A program made the position numbers and the translations under genes. The notes beneath the pieces were generated by a model, which was not told the DNA's origin, did no database searches, and saw nothing but the letters and a program-made list of their open reading frames with translations. DNA of 64,000 bases from an uncultured Pseudomonadota bacterium (GTDB lineage Bacteria > Vulcanimicrobiota > Vulcanimicrobiia > Eremiobacterales > Eremiobacteraceae): the NCBI GenBank assembly GCA_963736005.1, contig CAVTNB010000003.1:64001-128000 (forward strand), read 5' to 3'. Below are positions 28,073 through 37,567 of this stretch, one piece after another. How positions within the stretch are numbered: the first letter of the stretch is position 1; every line of letters begins with the position of its first letter.

Positions 28073-29664
28073 AGTTCGACGTGCCTCACAGACTGCACGT
28101 CCTCGATGTCTCGCAGACGCCGAAGAATCCCGGCGTCCGGTACTCGATCGACGGCCGCGAGAAGGATTGCGTCACCGCGCTCGCTGCGTGCAACTTCCAT
28201 GGTGAAGATGTTGATGCGCGCTTCACCCAGGATCGTGCCCACCTTGCCGATGATCCCCGGTACGTCGTGGTGACGGGTGAGCAACAAGTGGCCTTGGAGC
28301 ACCGCATCGAGTTCGAACAAGTCGATATCGATGAGCCGCAGCTGTTCGCCGTGAACAACCGTACCAGCGAGACCGTTGCGTCCTCCGCTGACCGCCAGCG
28401 CCTTCGCAAAGCCGCGCTCGCACGGCGCACCAAGTGTTTCTACAGAAACACCCAGGCGGCGGGCAAGCTCGAGCGCGTTGACCGCCGAAACACGGTCTTC
28501 CGTGAGGTGCGGCAACAGACCGACTAAGAACGACACGGCAAACGGAAGTCCCTCGTATCCCGCAAGTTCGCCCTCGAGCATGATGTCGAAGCGAGAAAGG
28601 CTTTTCTCGTCACAGATTTGCGGGAAGATGCTCCCAAGCCGATGCGCCAGCTCGGCGAACGGTCGAATCTCGGGAGGCACGTTCACCGGCGCATTCACGG
28701 CGCTCGAGGGAGGACGTCCCCTGAGCACCGCAACAACATCGCGACACAGATCGCGGGCAATTTTTTCCTGGGCCTCCTTCGTGGAGCCGCCTAAGTGCGG
28801 CGTCGCGACAACGCGCGGGTGATGCAAAAGCGCCCAGGTCGCTTCGGACTTCGGCGGTTCTTCGGCGACGACATCGAGCGCGGCGCCTGCGATCCGCTCC
28901 GATTGAAGCGCGGACAGAAGCGCGGCCTCGTCGATAAGACCGCCGCGCGCGCAATTGATGATGTAGGCCTCGGATCTCATGAGTCCAAGCTCTCGCGCCC
29001 CAATGAGATTTTCCGTCTGCGCCGTCAACGGCGTGTGGAGCGTGACAAAATCTGCCCGCGTGAGCAATTCATCGAGCGGCACAAGTTTGACGCCGAGGCT
29101 GTCAGCACGCGCAGCGCTGATGACCGCATCGTGAGCGAGAACGGTCATAGAAAAAGCACGTGCTCTCGTGGCGACCGTCGCTCCGATGCGACCCAGCCCG
29201 ACAATTCCCAGGGTCTTGCCGGCGAGCTCGATCCCGGTGAGGTCTGGAGAGCTCCAACGCTGGCTGTTGATTCGCTCTTGGCCAGCGCTGACGCGGCGGC
29301 ACAAGCCCAGGAGCATCGCGAGAGTGTGCTCCGCTGTTGCGATCGTGCTTGCGTCGGGAGTGTTGAGGACGAGGATGCCCGCGTTGGTCGCGGCTTGTAC
29401 GTCAATGGAATCCACGCCCACACCCGCCCGGCCAATGACTTGGAGCGAGCTGGCCATGCCGAGCATGGCGCCGGTTACCTTTGTCTTGCTGCGAACAATG
29501 AGCGCTTGTGCATCGGACAGTCGGGATTCAAATTCTTCGCGAGAAAGCTCCGCGGCCTCGCACACCTCAAGCCCGCCTTCGCGCAAGATCGCCATTCCGC
29601 TTTCGTCGAGCGATTCTGCGACGAGGACGCTCGGGCGGAAACCAACACCGCTTTGCAGCTTCAT
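28069..29664 (-). CDS. serA: D-3-phosphoglycerate dehydrogenase (long form with C-terminal ACT domain)
   Basis: VRSKT, RAGVGVDSID, TAEHT, GIVGLGRIG, INCARGG, TPHLGGSTKEAQ, HHDVPGIIG. Confidence 0.95.
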   Translation of the reverse strand: MKLQSGVGFRPSVLVAESLDESGMAILREGGLEVCEAAELSREEFESRLSDAQALIVRSKTKVTGAMLGMASSLQVIGRAGVGVDSIDVQAATNAGILVLNTPDASTIATAEHTLAMLLGLCRRVSAGQERINSQRWSSPDLTGIELAGKTLGIVGLGRIGATVATRARAFSMTVLAHDAVISAARADSLGVKLVPLDELLTRADFVTLHTPLTAQTENLIGARELGLMRSEAYIINCARGGLIDEAALLSALQSERIAGAALDVVAEEPPKSEATWALLHHPRVVATPHLGGSTKEAQEKIARDLCRDVVAVLRGRPPSSAVNAPVNVPPEIRPFAELAHRLGSIFPQICDEKSLSRFDIMLEGELAGYEGLPFAVSFLVGLLPHLTEDRVSAVNALELARRLGVSVETLGAPCERGFAKALAVSGGRNGLAGTVVHGEQLRLIDIDLFELDAVLQGHLLLTRHHDVPGIIGKVGTILGEARINIFTMEVARSERGDAILLAAVDRVPDAGILRRLRDIEDVQSVRHVEL

Positions 29665-29753
29665 CTTGACCCTTGCTTCGGTCAGGGAACGCTGCCCCCT
29701 ACAGGACAAGGTAGCCACTTGACATCTCGGCGAAATGAGATGATAGAAGGGGC

Positions 29754-30038
29754 ATGAGTGAAGAGTACGTGCCAACCCTCTCTGAGATATGGGAAGTTCT
29801 TGTCGGGCTAAAGGAAGCGACAGAGTCGGGTTTCGCCCGCGTGGAGCGCCGGTTTGACGGCGTTGAATACCGACTCAGCGGTGTGGAACACAGGCTCGAC
29901 GGCGTGGAACGCCGGCTCGACGGCTTGGACGATCGCTTCACGCGGCTAGACGATCGATTCTCGGACTTCCAAAAAGTTACTAATCGCTTGCTGAGCGATC
30001 ATGAACGGCGCCTCGCGCGCATGGAGCGCCGCCGGTAA
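29754..30038 (+). CDS. Small coiled-coil protein with heptad repeats
   Basis: MSEEYVPTLSEIWEVLVGLKEATE followed by (RF/RL)-DGVE-x heptads; GAAGGGG RBS and TTGACA at 29719; paralogue at about 61905-62162. Confidence 0.75.
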   Translation: MSEEYVPTLSEIWEVLVGLKEATESGFARVERRFDGVEYRLSGVEHRLDGVERRLDGLDDRFTRLDDRFSDFQKVTNRLLSDHERRLARMERRR

Positions 30039-30046
30039 TTCCGCCG

Positions 30047-31291
30047 TCACGGCATTCTCGACCGCTCCATTTTTGCGGTTGAGCTCAAACCAAATTCGTC
30101 GTGCAATGCGTTTTCCGCCGCGGCCGCGAGTGTGCCCGGAACGAGCAGTGAAATGGTGATGTTGGAATCGGTGCTGTGAATGATTGGCACGCCGGCACCG
30201 CTCAGCGCTCGCACAGCGCGGTACATGACCCCGGGGGTCCCTCGCATGCCTGCGCCGACGACGGAAATTTTTGCACATCCTCGGCGGGTTCGAACCGCAA
30301 GCGGCAGCGTTTCGAGACGCGACTGCGCACGCTCGTAGTCCCCGTCGCGCACGATGAAGAAAAGTCCAGCAGAGTTGACGTTGACGCAGTCGATACTAAT
30401 GCGTGCGTCTGCTAGCGTACGGAAGGCCTCCTGTTCCCACCCACCCGGGAGCACTGCCGCTTCGGGAACGAGATGCATGAAACTGTACCCAGGCGACGCC
30501 GCCACGCCCGTGACTGGGTGCTCGCGCTCTGGCGATCGCACCTCCTCGACGGAGGTTCCGGCCCCACTGCGTAGACTGCGCACGGAGTAACTGATCTTCG
30601 AAACCCTGGCGAGATCTGCGGCTTTATCGTTCATGACGGTCGCGCCGTGTTCCGATAATTCGGTCGCTTCCTCGAATGTCAGGTTTTCTATCGTCTTGGC
30701 TGCCGTCACGCGTTTCGGATCCGCCGTCATCACTCCGGGAACGTCGGTGTAGATTTCCAGCGCGGCGTTGTTCAATGCTTTTGCGAGTGCAACGGCCGTG
30801 AGGTCGCTGCCACCGCGCCCGAGAGTTGTCACGGTACCATCATCCGTCACGCCTTGAAACCCGCTCACAACCGCCGTCACACCGGAATCGAGCAATGCAA
30901 GAATCGTTCGAGGATCTACCGAGAGCACGCGCGCATCCCCATGCGTCGCATCGGTGATGATGCCAGCTTGTCCGCCGGTAAGCGCCCGAGCCGGAATCCC
31001 TCTTCGTTCGAGCAGCTCGGCCAGGACGGCAGCGCTGATGATTTCGCCGCACGCGAGTAAGAGATCCACGTTTGGACCGGAGGTAAGACCCGGAATCAGC
31101 CGGAGCAGCGTATCGGTGGCGTACGCTTGCGGGCTTCTGCCGATTGCCGATGCAACCACAACGACTCGGTTGCCACCGCGCACCGCCTCGCTCACCCGGG
31201 ATGCTGCTGCTTCGCGCAACTCTTCGGTTGCAAGCGAGGAGCCGCCAAACTTCATCACGACCCAAGCGCCCGTCATCTTGGAGGACTTCAT
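30047..31291 (-). CDS. dapG: Aspartate kinase (DapG/AK-I type)
   Basis: MKFGGSS, VASAIGR..YATDTL, GFQG..TTLGRGGSDLTA, TDVPGVMTADP, C-terminal ACT KISVVGAGMRGTPG. Confidence 0.92.
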   Translation of the reverse strand: MKSSKMTGAWVVMKFGGSSLATEELREAAASRVSEAVRGGNRVVVVASAIGRSPQAYATDTLLRLIPGLTSGPNVDLLLACGEIISAAVLAELLERRGIPARALTGGQAGIITDATHGDARVLSVDPRTILALLDSGVTAVVSGFQGVTDDGTVTTLGRGGSDLTAVALAKALNNAALEIYTDVPGVMTADPKRVTAAKTIENLTFEEATELSEHGATVMNDKAADLARVSKISYSVRSLRSGAGTSVEEVRSPEREHPVTGVAASPGYSFMHLVPEAAVLPGGWEQEAFRTLADARISIDCVNVNSAGLFFIVRDGDYERAQSRLETLPLAVRTRRGCAKISVVGAGMRGTPGVMYRAVRALSGAGVPIIHSTDSNITISLLVPGTLAAAAENALHDEFGLSSTAKMERSRMP

Positions 31292-32295
31292 ACCGCTGCT
31301 TTCGGTTGCATCGCCAAAGCTGCTTCGGCAATCTGGATCGCGTTGGTCGCAGCTCCTTTGCGCAGATTGTCGCTCATGACCCACGCGAGGTATGCGCTGA
31401 GATGCGCTGTGTCCGAGCGGAGTCTGCCGACCACGACATCATCGGTGCCCGCCACTTCAAGCGGCGTGGCGTACGCCGAGCCTTCGAGGAACTTCACGCC
31501 AGGCGCCGAGCGAAGGATTTGGGCAATATCTTCGTGCGAAGTGCACTCTCGCGTTTGGAAGGCAACTGCCTCGCCATGACACACGGCAACGGGCACCCTC
31601 ACTGAAGTTGCGGACACCAGCACGTTCTCATCCGAAAGTATCTTCTTGAGTTCCGCGGCAATCTTGCGCTCCTCTTCGCCGTACCCGCTTGCATCAACCG
31701 GCCCGTTTTCGGGAAAGACGTTGCCAACGGCGCGATGCGGTAGAGCTTTGGCGGGACCCTGGTCGCCGCGTGCTTGGCGCTCGAACTCGTCGAGCGCGTC
31801 TTTGCCGGCTCCCGATACACTTTGATAGGTCGCGACGCTCACCCATTGCAATCCAAAGCGCTGATGAATGGGTCCGAGCATCACCGCAAGGGGAATGGTC
31901 GAGCAGTTTGGATTGGCGATGAGCTTGTGACCCGGAAGCGTGTGACGATTCACCTCGGGGACGACGAGCGGCACGCTCGGGTCAAGACGAAATGCTGCGG
32001 ATTTGTCGACGACGAGGATGCCTTGCGCGGCGAGTTTTGGTGCAAACGCGCGACTGGTTTCGGTATCTGCGGCAAAGAAAGCCACATCGACGCCCGCAAA
32101 ACTTTTCGGCTCGCTTGAGTCCAACTTTTGGATTTCGATCTCCCGGCCTAAGGCAAAGACGCGCGTACCAGATGACCGTTGGCTCGCAAAGAGTCGCAGG
32201 TCGGCGATTGGCAACCGGCGTTCGGCGAAGAGGCGGAGGAGCGTTTCTCCGACAAGCCCCGTAGCGCCGACCACGGCAACGGTCAGCGGCTTCAC
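31288..32295 (-). CDS. asd: Aspartate-semialdehyde dehydrogenase
   Basis: VVGATGLVG, PLVVPEVN, ANPNCSTI, TYQSVSGAG, RVPV..HGE, DNLRKGAATN. Confidence 0.97.
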   Translation of the reverse strand: MKPLTVAVVGATGLVGETLLRLFAERRLPIADLRLFASQRSSGTRVFALGREIEIQKLDSSEPKSFAGVDVAFFAADTETSRAFAPKLAAQGILVVDKSAAFRLDPSVPLVVPEVNRHTLPGHKLIANPNCSTIPLAVMLGPIHQRFGLQWVSVATYQSVSGAGKDALDEFERQARGDQGPAKALPHRAVGNVFPENGPVDASGYGEEERKIAAELKKILSDENVLVSATSVRVPVAVCHGEAVAFQTRECTSHEDIAQILRSAPGVKFLEGSAYATPLEVAGTDDVVVGRLRSDTAHLSAYLAWVMSDNLRKGAATNAIQIAEAALAMQPKAAV

Positions 32296-33062
32296 TCGGC
32301 GAATTCCCCGAGACCTTCGACGAAGTGATCGAGGCGGGCTGCAGCGTGCGCCGCTTTGATCACGCCGGAGACAAACGCGGTTCGAGTGGATGTCGTGTGA
32401 CGAATGACCAGCGTCTCGTCGTCGTTGGCAAAGATTACTTCTTGGCTGGCGATGACGCCGGGCATACGAATGCTATGAATGCCGACACCATCCACCTCGG
32501 CTCCGCGAGCACCTTCAACTCGCACGGTCTCCGAAGGTTCGCAGCGCATGCGGCCCGCTTGAGATATGGTGCGTGCCGTTGCAATCGCGGTACCCGACGG
32601 AGCATCTTTTTTTCCGGCATGATGGGTTTCAACAATGTCGGCGTGGGTGAAAAAGGGAGCTGCAATTCTTGCGAACTGCATCGTGAGTATGGCGCCAATC
32701 GAGAAGTTCGGTGCGTACACTGCGCCAATCTTTAACCGACTACATGCCTCGCGTAGCTCTTCAACGTCGGCTACTGTATATCCAGATGTGCCGATGACCG
32801 GCCGTATACCCAGCGAGAGCGCCTGCAGCGCGAGCGTCTTCGAGGCAGGGTACACCGTAAAATCAATCAAGACATCTGGTTTTTGCGTGGTAGCCAATTC
32901 CGCGAAGTCGGAGTATTCACCAGTGTCGAGGTTTGAGTTCGTGCGCACGAGCCTGCCGACCACGTCCAAGCCGGGCGCGTGACGAAGCGCCGCGGCAACA
33001 ACGCTTCCGGTCTTACCACGAGCACCGGCGATAGCGACACGAACAGGCTTGTTTGCAGCCAT
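32292..33062 (-). CDS. dapB: 4-hydroxy-tetrahydrodipicolinate reductase
   Basis: GARGKTG, IDFT, VIGTSG, APNFSIG, ETHHAGKKDAPSGTA. The ORF-track N-extension MSGPKGPLLH is repeat DNA. Confidence 0.96.
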   Translation of the reverse strand: MAANKPVRVAIAGARGKTGSVVAAALRHAPGLDVVGRLVRTNSNLDTGEYSDFAELATTQKPDVLIDFTVYPASKTLALQALSLGIRPVIGTSGYTVADVEELREACSRLKIGAVYAPNFSIGAILTMQFARIAAPFFTHADIVETHHAGKKDAPSGTAIATARTISQAGRMRCEPSETVRVEGARGAEVDGVGIHSIRMPGVIASQEVIFANDDETLVIRHTTSTRTAFVSGVIKAAHAAARLDHFVEGLGEFAE

Positions 33063-33126
33063 ATTCTGAAGCGTTCGATTGCGTTGTGGCGGCGGTCCTT
33101 TGTGGTGCGCTATGCGTCCGGTGCTA

Positions 33127-33187
33127 TGTAGCAGCGGACCTTTAGGTCCGCTCACCCGAAGAGCGCACCTGAAGGTGCGCTGCTACA
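33127..33187. repeat. Inverted doublet of family A GTAG repeats (REPIN/BIME-like)
   Basis: TGTAGCAGCGGACCTTTAGGTCCGCT, a short spacer, then AGCGCACCTGAAGGTGCGCTGCTACA with compensatory stem changes. Confidence 0.88.
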
Positions 33188-33203
33188 TTGCCTGCTGCAT
33201 GGT

Positions 33204-35363
33204 CTACGCTTCGAGTTTTTCGAGCTTGGCGTAGTTGAGCATGATGCTCTTGCGACCGGCGCTGTCAAATTGCACGGTCACGAAAGCATCGCCGCCTGCA
33301 CCTTGGACGTCGAGCACCGAACCGCGTCCGAACTTTTGATGCACGACAACGTCGCCGACGGCAAGATCGGCAACCGGCTCTGACGCACGCGCCGGAAGCG
33401 CCACATCGTCCCAACCTCCGCCCATCCCCACTGCGGGCACCGGAGGCGCGTTGAGGTATTCGAGTCCAGTCATTTCTCCGAGGAAGCGCGAAGGTGGGTG
33501 CATGTACGAGCTGCCGTAGGTCATGCGCCGACGAGCCAACGTCAAGTAAAGTTCGTCCTGAGCCCGGGTGATACCGACGTAGCACAGGCGGCGCTCTTCT
33601 TCAATCTCCGACGGATCCAAGAGCGCGCGGTTGTGCGGGAAGGTGCCTTCTTCGAGTCCACACAGGGTGACGACGGGGAACTCTAAGCCTTTTGCCATGT
33701 GCAACGTCATGAGCGTCACGGCAGATTTGGTTTCGTCCATTGCGTCGAGGTCGGAGACGAGCGAAATGGTTGAAAGAAATCCGAGCAAGTCAGGTCCCTC
33801 GCGCTCTTCGTAGTCGCGGGCAACCCCGATCAGTTCGCGCAGATTCTCGATACGGCTTTGCGCTTCAGGCGTGTCTTCGGCTTGCAGTTCTCTGACGTAG
33901 CCTGTTTCCTCCAAAATGCTGATGAGCAACGCGGCCGGTCCGCGTTCGTCGCCGACGCGAGCGAACGCATCGATGTCGCGCATGAAGGCGGCCACGTCTT
34001 TCGCTTTCTTGGGAGCCGCCGTTGAGACGATCGCTGGATCGACGAGCGCTTGAGCGAAGGTCTTGCCCTGGCGCGCACCTTCGTCAGCGATGGCGTTGAG
34101 CGTGGATTGGCCAATCCCGCGGCGCGGAGCGTTGATAATGCGACGCAGGCTGATGCCGTCATCACGATTGGCAATGAAGCGCAAGTAGGACAGCGCATCC
34201 TTGATCTCGGCGCGCGCGTAAAAGCCGACGCCCCCAACCACCCTATATGGCATCCCGATCGCAAGCATGGCTTCTTCAATGGAGCGTGACTGAGCATTTG
34301 TCCGATACAGCACCGCGTAGTCGTTGAAGCTTCTGCCGTCCTCGCGAATGCCAGTCTCAATCAGATCGACGATAAAACGCGCTTCATCACGATCGCTGTT
34401 GGCCGCGTACACGCGCGCCGGCTTGCCTCCTTCCCGAGAGGTCCACAATTTCTTGTGATGCCGCTGGGTGTTGTGACTGACGAGTGCATTTGCTGCCGCA
34501 AGGACGTGATTGGTCGAGCGATAGTTCCGCTCCAAACGAAAGGTCTTCGCACCGGGAAAGTCACGCTCGAAGCGAAGGATGATGCGGTGATCTGCACCGC
34601 GGAAACTATAAATCGATTGATCGTCGTCGCCAACCACGCAAATATTCTTCGATCCTAGCGAGAGCGCGCGCACCATCCGATATTGCGCCTGGTTGACGTC
34701 TTGATACTCGTCGACGAGGACGTACCGAAAGCGGTTTTGATATTGGAGGGCAAGGTCATCGTTGCGTTCCAGCAGCGCGAGCGTGCGCATGATGAGGTCG
34801 TCGAAGTCCAAGGCGTTGGCTCGAGCGAGGCGGCGTTCGTACTCCACGTACACCGACGCCACCGTCTTAGAAAGATGTCCGTCAGCCGTTTCCGAGAACG
34901 CAGCCGCGTCCTGGCATCGCTCCTTCGCCCGGCTTATTTGAGCCAAGATGCCGCCCGGCGGGAAGTGCCGTTCGTCGACGTTGAGATCGCGCAGGATCTC
35001 CCGGATGAGCGCGCGCTGGTCGGTTTCATCGTAGATGACGAAATTTGGGCCGACGCCAACCGCAATACCGTCGCGGCGCAAGATTCGCACGCCGATGGAG
35101 TGGAACGTCCCGACCCAGAGTCCATGCGCGGCCGGCCCAACCAATTGCGCGAGTCTGCTCTTGAGCTCTCCCGCAGCTTTGTTCGTGAAGGTGACCGCGA
35201 GGATCTTGTGCGCTGGCACTTTATGCTCTGCGAGCAGGTAGCCAACGCGGTGGGTGAGCACGCGAGTCTTTCCGCTTCCGGCGCCCGCAAAAATAAGAAC
35301 AGCGCCTTCCGTCTCAGAGGCGGCGGCGCGCTGCTCGTCATTAAGCGCTGCGAGAGCATCCAT
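33204..35363 (-). CDS. pcrA: ATP-dependent DNA helicase PcrA/UvrD
   Basis: AGAGSGKT, TFTNKAA, VDEYQD, GDDDQSIY, NYRST, YRTNAQSR, KGLEFP, EEERRLCYVGITRA, C-terminal tudor-like domain. Confidence 0.96.
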   Translation of the reverse strand: MDALAALNDEQRAAASETEGAVLIFAGAGSGKTRVLTHRVGYLLAEHKVPAHKILAVTFTNKAAGELKSRLAQLVGPAAHGLWVGTFHSIGVRILRRDGIAVGVGPNFVIYDETDQRALIREILRDLNVDERHFPPGGILAQISRAKERCQDAAAFSETADGHLSKTVASVYVEYERRLARANALDFDDLIMRTLALLERNDDLALQYQNRFRYVLVDEYQDVNQAQYRMVRALSLGSKNICVVGDDDQSIYSFRGADHRIILRFERDFPGAKTFRLERNYRSTNHVLAAANALVSHNTQRHHKKLWTSREGGKPARVYAANSDRDEARFIVDLIETGIREDGRSFNDYAVLYRTNAQSRSIEEAMLAIGMPYRVVGGVGFYARAEIKDALSYLRFIANRDDGISLRRIINAPRRGIGQSTLNAIADEGARQGKTFAQALVDPAIVSTAAPKKAKDVAAFMRDIDAFARVGDERGPAALLISILEETGYVRELQAEDTPEAQSRIENLRELIGVARDYEEREGPDLLGFLSTISLVSDLDAMDETKSAVTLMTLHMAKGLEFPVVTLCGLEEGTFPHNRALLDPSEIEEERRLCYVGITRAQDELYLTLARRRMTYGSSYMHPPSRFLGEMTGLEYLNAPPVPAVGMGGGWDDVALPARASEPVADLAVGDVVVHQKFGRGSVLDVQGAGGDAFVTVQFDSAGRKSIMLNYAKLEKLEA

Positions 35364-35420
35364 CTCGTCTAAAGTTCGTGAGGTCGTTCTTGGAGTCCCG
35401 CGAATTCGCTCGCGGTATGA

Positions 35421-36395
35421 TTACGCGGCTTCTTTTAGGAGCGTCGGCAACGTCTCGATCTCAAGTCGCTCATCACCGCGCAACACTCCTATGATAAGCG
35501 AATCGCCGATGCGGTGTTGCCCCAGAACGACTTGGACGTCGTCGGGTGAAAAAACCGCGCGGTCCCCAACCTTGACGATCACGTCACCGGTCTGCAGTCC
35601 GGCTTTGCGGGCCGCTCCCTCGGGATCGATTTCCGTAACGAGCGCCGCGCCCTCTTGCTTGAGGCCGTATCGGGCGCCGAGATGCCGGGCCACCTTGGCC
35701 ATCTGCAAGATGACGCCAAGGTATGCTCGTCGGACGGTTCCAAAATTTATGAGTTGCGACGCAACCTGTTTTGCGGTGTTCGACGAAATCGCAAAACAAA
35801 TACCTTGCGAACCTTCAATGATCGCGGTGTTCACGCCGATGACATCCCCGCGAAAATCGACCAGCGGCCCGCCGGAGTTCCCGGGGTTGAGGGCTGCGTC
35901 CGTTTGAATGATGCCTTCGATGAGGCGACCACTTTGCGATCGCAGCGTGCGGCCAAGGGCGCTGACGACTCCAGCCGTCACCGTGGCCTGGAATCCGAGC
36001 GGGTTGCCGATGGCGATGACGAGTTGTCCAACTCGCAAGGCAGACGAGTCGGCGAGCGACGCGTGAGGCAGTCCCGACCCCGGTATGCGGAGCACGGCGA
36101 GATCGCTGTGAGGATCGTCGCCGGCAATGGTCGCGCGACTGACGGTGCCATCTGCGAAGCGCACTTCGATTCTCTCCGCCGAGTTGACGACATGACTGTT
36201 CGTGAGCACGAACCCGTCGGGCGCAATGACAAAACCGCTGCCCGAGCCGTGCAGCTCTGGAAGGCCGCGGCGCGCGAGTCGTTCTGGGGCTCGACGGGCC
36301 ATGCCAACACTAACCACCGCGGGACCTACGCGTTCGACCGCGTCGATGACGGCCTGCGAGTAGGCGTCAAGTGCTTGAGTCTCTTTGTTATCCAT
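35421..36395 (-). CDS. Trypsin-like S1C (HtrA/DegP family) serine protease with PDZ domain, no signal peptide
   Basis: GSGSGFVI, LTNSHVV, DLAVL, IQTDAALNPGNSGGPL, PDZ motif A.KAGL..GDVI. Confidence 0.93.
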   Translation of the reverse strand: MDNKETQALDAYSQAVIDAVERVGPAVVSVGMARRAPERLARRGLPELHGSGSGFVIAPDGFVLTNSHVVNSAERIEVRFADGTVSRATIAGDDPHSDLAVLRIPGSGLPHASLADSSALRVGQLVIAIGNPLGFQATVTAGVVSALGRTLRSQSGRLIEGIIQTDAALNPGNSGGPLVDFRGDVIGVNTAIIEGSQGICFAISSNTAKQVASQLINFGTVRRAYLGVILQMAKVARHLGARYGLKQEGAALVTEIDPEGAARKAGLQTGDVIVKVGDRAVFSPDDVQVVLGQHRIGDSLIIGVLRGDERLEIETLPTLLKEAA

Positions 36396-37557
36396 GATCT
36401 TCTACATTGAGTGCCTGGGCCAGAGCGGCGTGAGCGTGGAGATACGAGAGCGTGCTTTCAGCTCCCATGTTAATGTTGAAATCATTTCGGCTAAGTCCAT
36501 CTTTGCATCCGCCGCGCGCATCGACCATAACGAGCCGTTCCGAATTCAAGCCAAAAAACCACCCAAACGTTTCAAGGGCTCTGCTTTGATATTCCACGCG
36601 TCCTGTAAGCTTCGACGCTGCAAGCCACAAATCTACCATGGCGCACGCCTCGATGGGCTGCTGGTCGTGGGTGGCTCGCTCTTTTTCCCGCTCGTACCAT
36701 CCGGCATTGCCAATTGGAAGGAAGGTGTCTTGCGCCTGCGTGAGCCCGGCGAGGAAGGCAAGGCCACGCATGCCTATGTTTTCCAGTTTCGGGTCTGAGA
36801 GCGCCGCGGCGCCTCGCAGCGTTGCCTCCGGGAGCCGGGCATTGCCCCAGGTCAAGAGTGGTTCCCACCAATCCCACCCGGGCTGGGCATTGCTCTCGAA
36901 TTCCCCACGCAAAGAATTGCACAATAACTTCAAGACCACTTCGGCGTCGCGAGCCAGCGATTCCGGCAGATCTCCTTGCGGCGGCACGAGCGAAGCGGCT
37001 TCCGGGGCAATGGCCGCAGCAAGACCTAAGACCACATAGGCTTTGGGCCGCAGGTCTGTGAGATCTCCGACATGCTCGAGCGCCTCTCGCAGGAGCCTGA
37101 CAGAGCGCCTGCGCCATTCATCGATCGGCGCACAACGAGAAGCGACACCAACCGCCCACACGGTGCGGCCAAGACTTTCCGGCGAGCCCACCTCATCCGT
37201 AAAGGAACCATCTTCGGCCATCAGGTTATGAAACTGGCCGTCTGGCCTTCGACAGCGCTCGACGAAGTCCAAGCTCGCATCGCCAATGACCCGCGCGTCC
37301 TCCAGACGCGCATTAAGATGGAGGCTCAACACGGCCGCCAGAAAAGCCCGGGCATTGTCATCGAGGCAGTAGCCGTGCTCGAGATGTATTCGGTCACCCT
37401 GAGCAAATTGCACCATGCCGTGCTCGTGCATGAGCTTTCGAGCGTGTTGAAACGAGGGTGGCTTCCCAGCAACGCAGTCGACAAAGGGCTGGAGTGCGGC
37501 GGCAATACTGCTTGGCGCCGAGACGTTCGGGCTCAGATTCTGGGGAAGATTCTTCAA
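36388..37557 (-). CDS. Glycosyltransferase-associated protein with probable alpha/alpha-barrel (glycoside hydrolase-like) fold; start uncertain
   Basis: GMVQFA, GYCLDDNARA, FHN, W.W.E..LTWGNARLP, PIGN.GWY, DQQPIEA, WFFGLN, GGCKDGL, NMGAESTL. This domain is usually fused to or adjacent to a GT4. Confidence 0.75.
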   Translation of the reverse strand: MKNLPQNLSPNVSAPSSIAAALQPFVDCVAGKPPSFQHARKLMHEHGMVQFAQGDRIHLEHGYCLDDNARAFLAAVLSLHLNARLEDARVIGDASLDFVERCRRPDGQFHNLMAEDGSFTDEVGSPESLGRTVWAVGVASRCAPIDEWRRRSVRLLREALEHVGDLTDLRPKAYVVLGLAAAIAPEAASLVPPQGDLPESLARDAEVVLKLLCNSLRGEFESNAQPGWDWWEPLLTWGNARLPEATLRGAAALSDPKLENIGMRGLAFLAGLTQAQDTFLPIGNAGWYEREKERATHDQQPIEACAMVDLWLAASKLTGRVEYQSRALETFGWFFGLNSERLVMVDARGGCKDGLSRNDFNINMGAESTLSYLHAHAALAQALNVEDHG

Positions 37558-37567
37558 CAGGAGAACT

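Noticed and set aside
33063..33155. N-terminal extension MSGPKGPLLH... of dapB as another in-frame repeat insertion
   Set aside because: DapB homology starts at MAANKPVRVAI (33062). The extension arises from a chance GTG next to the intergenic repeat.
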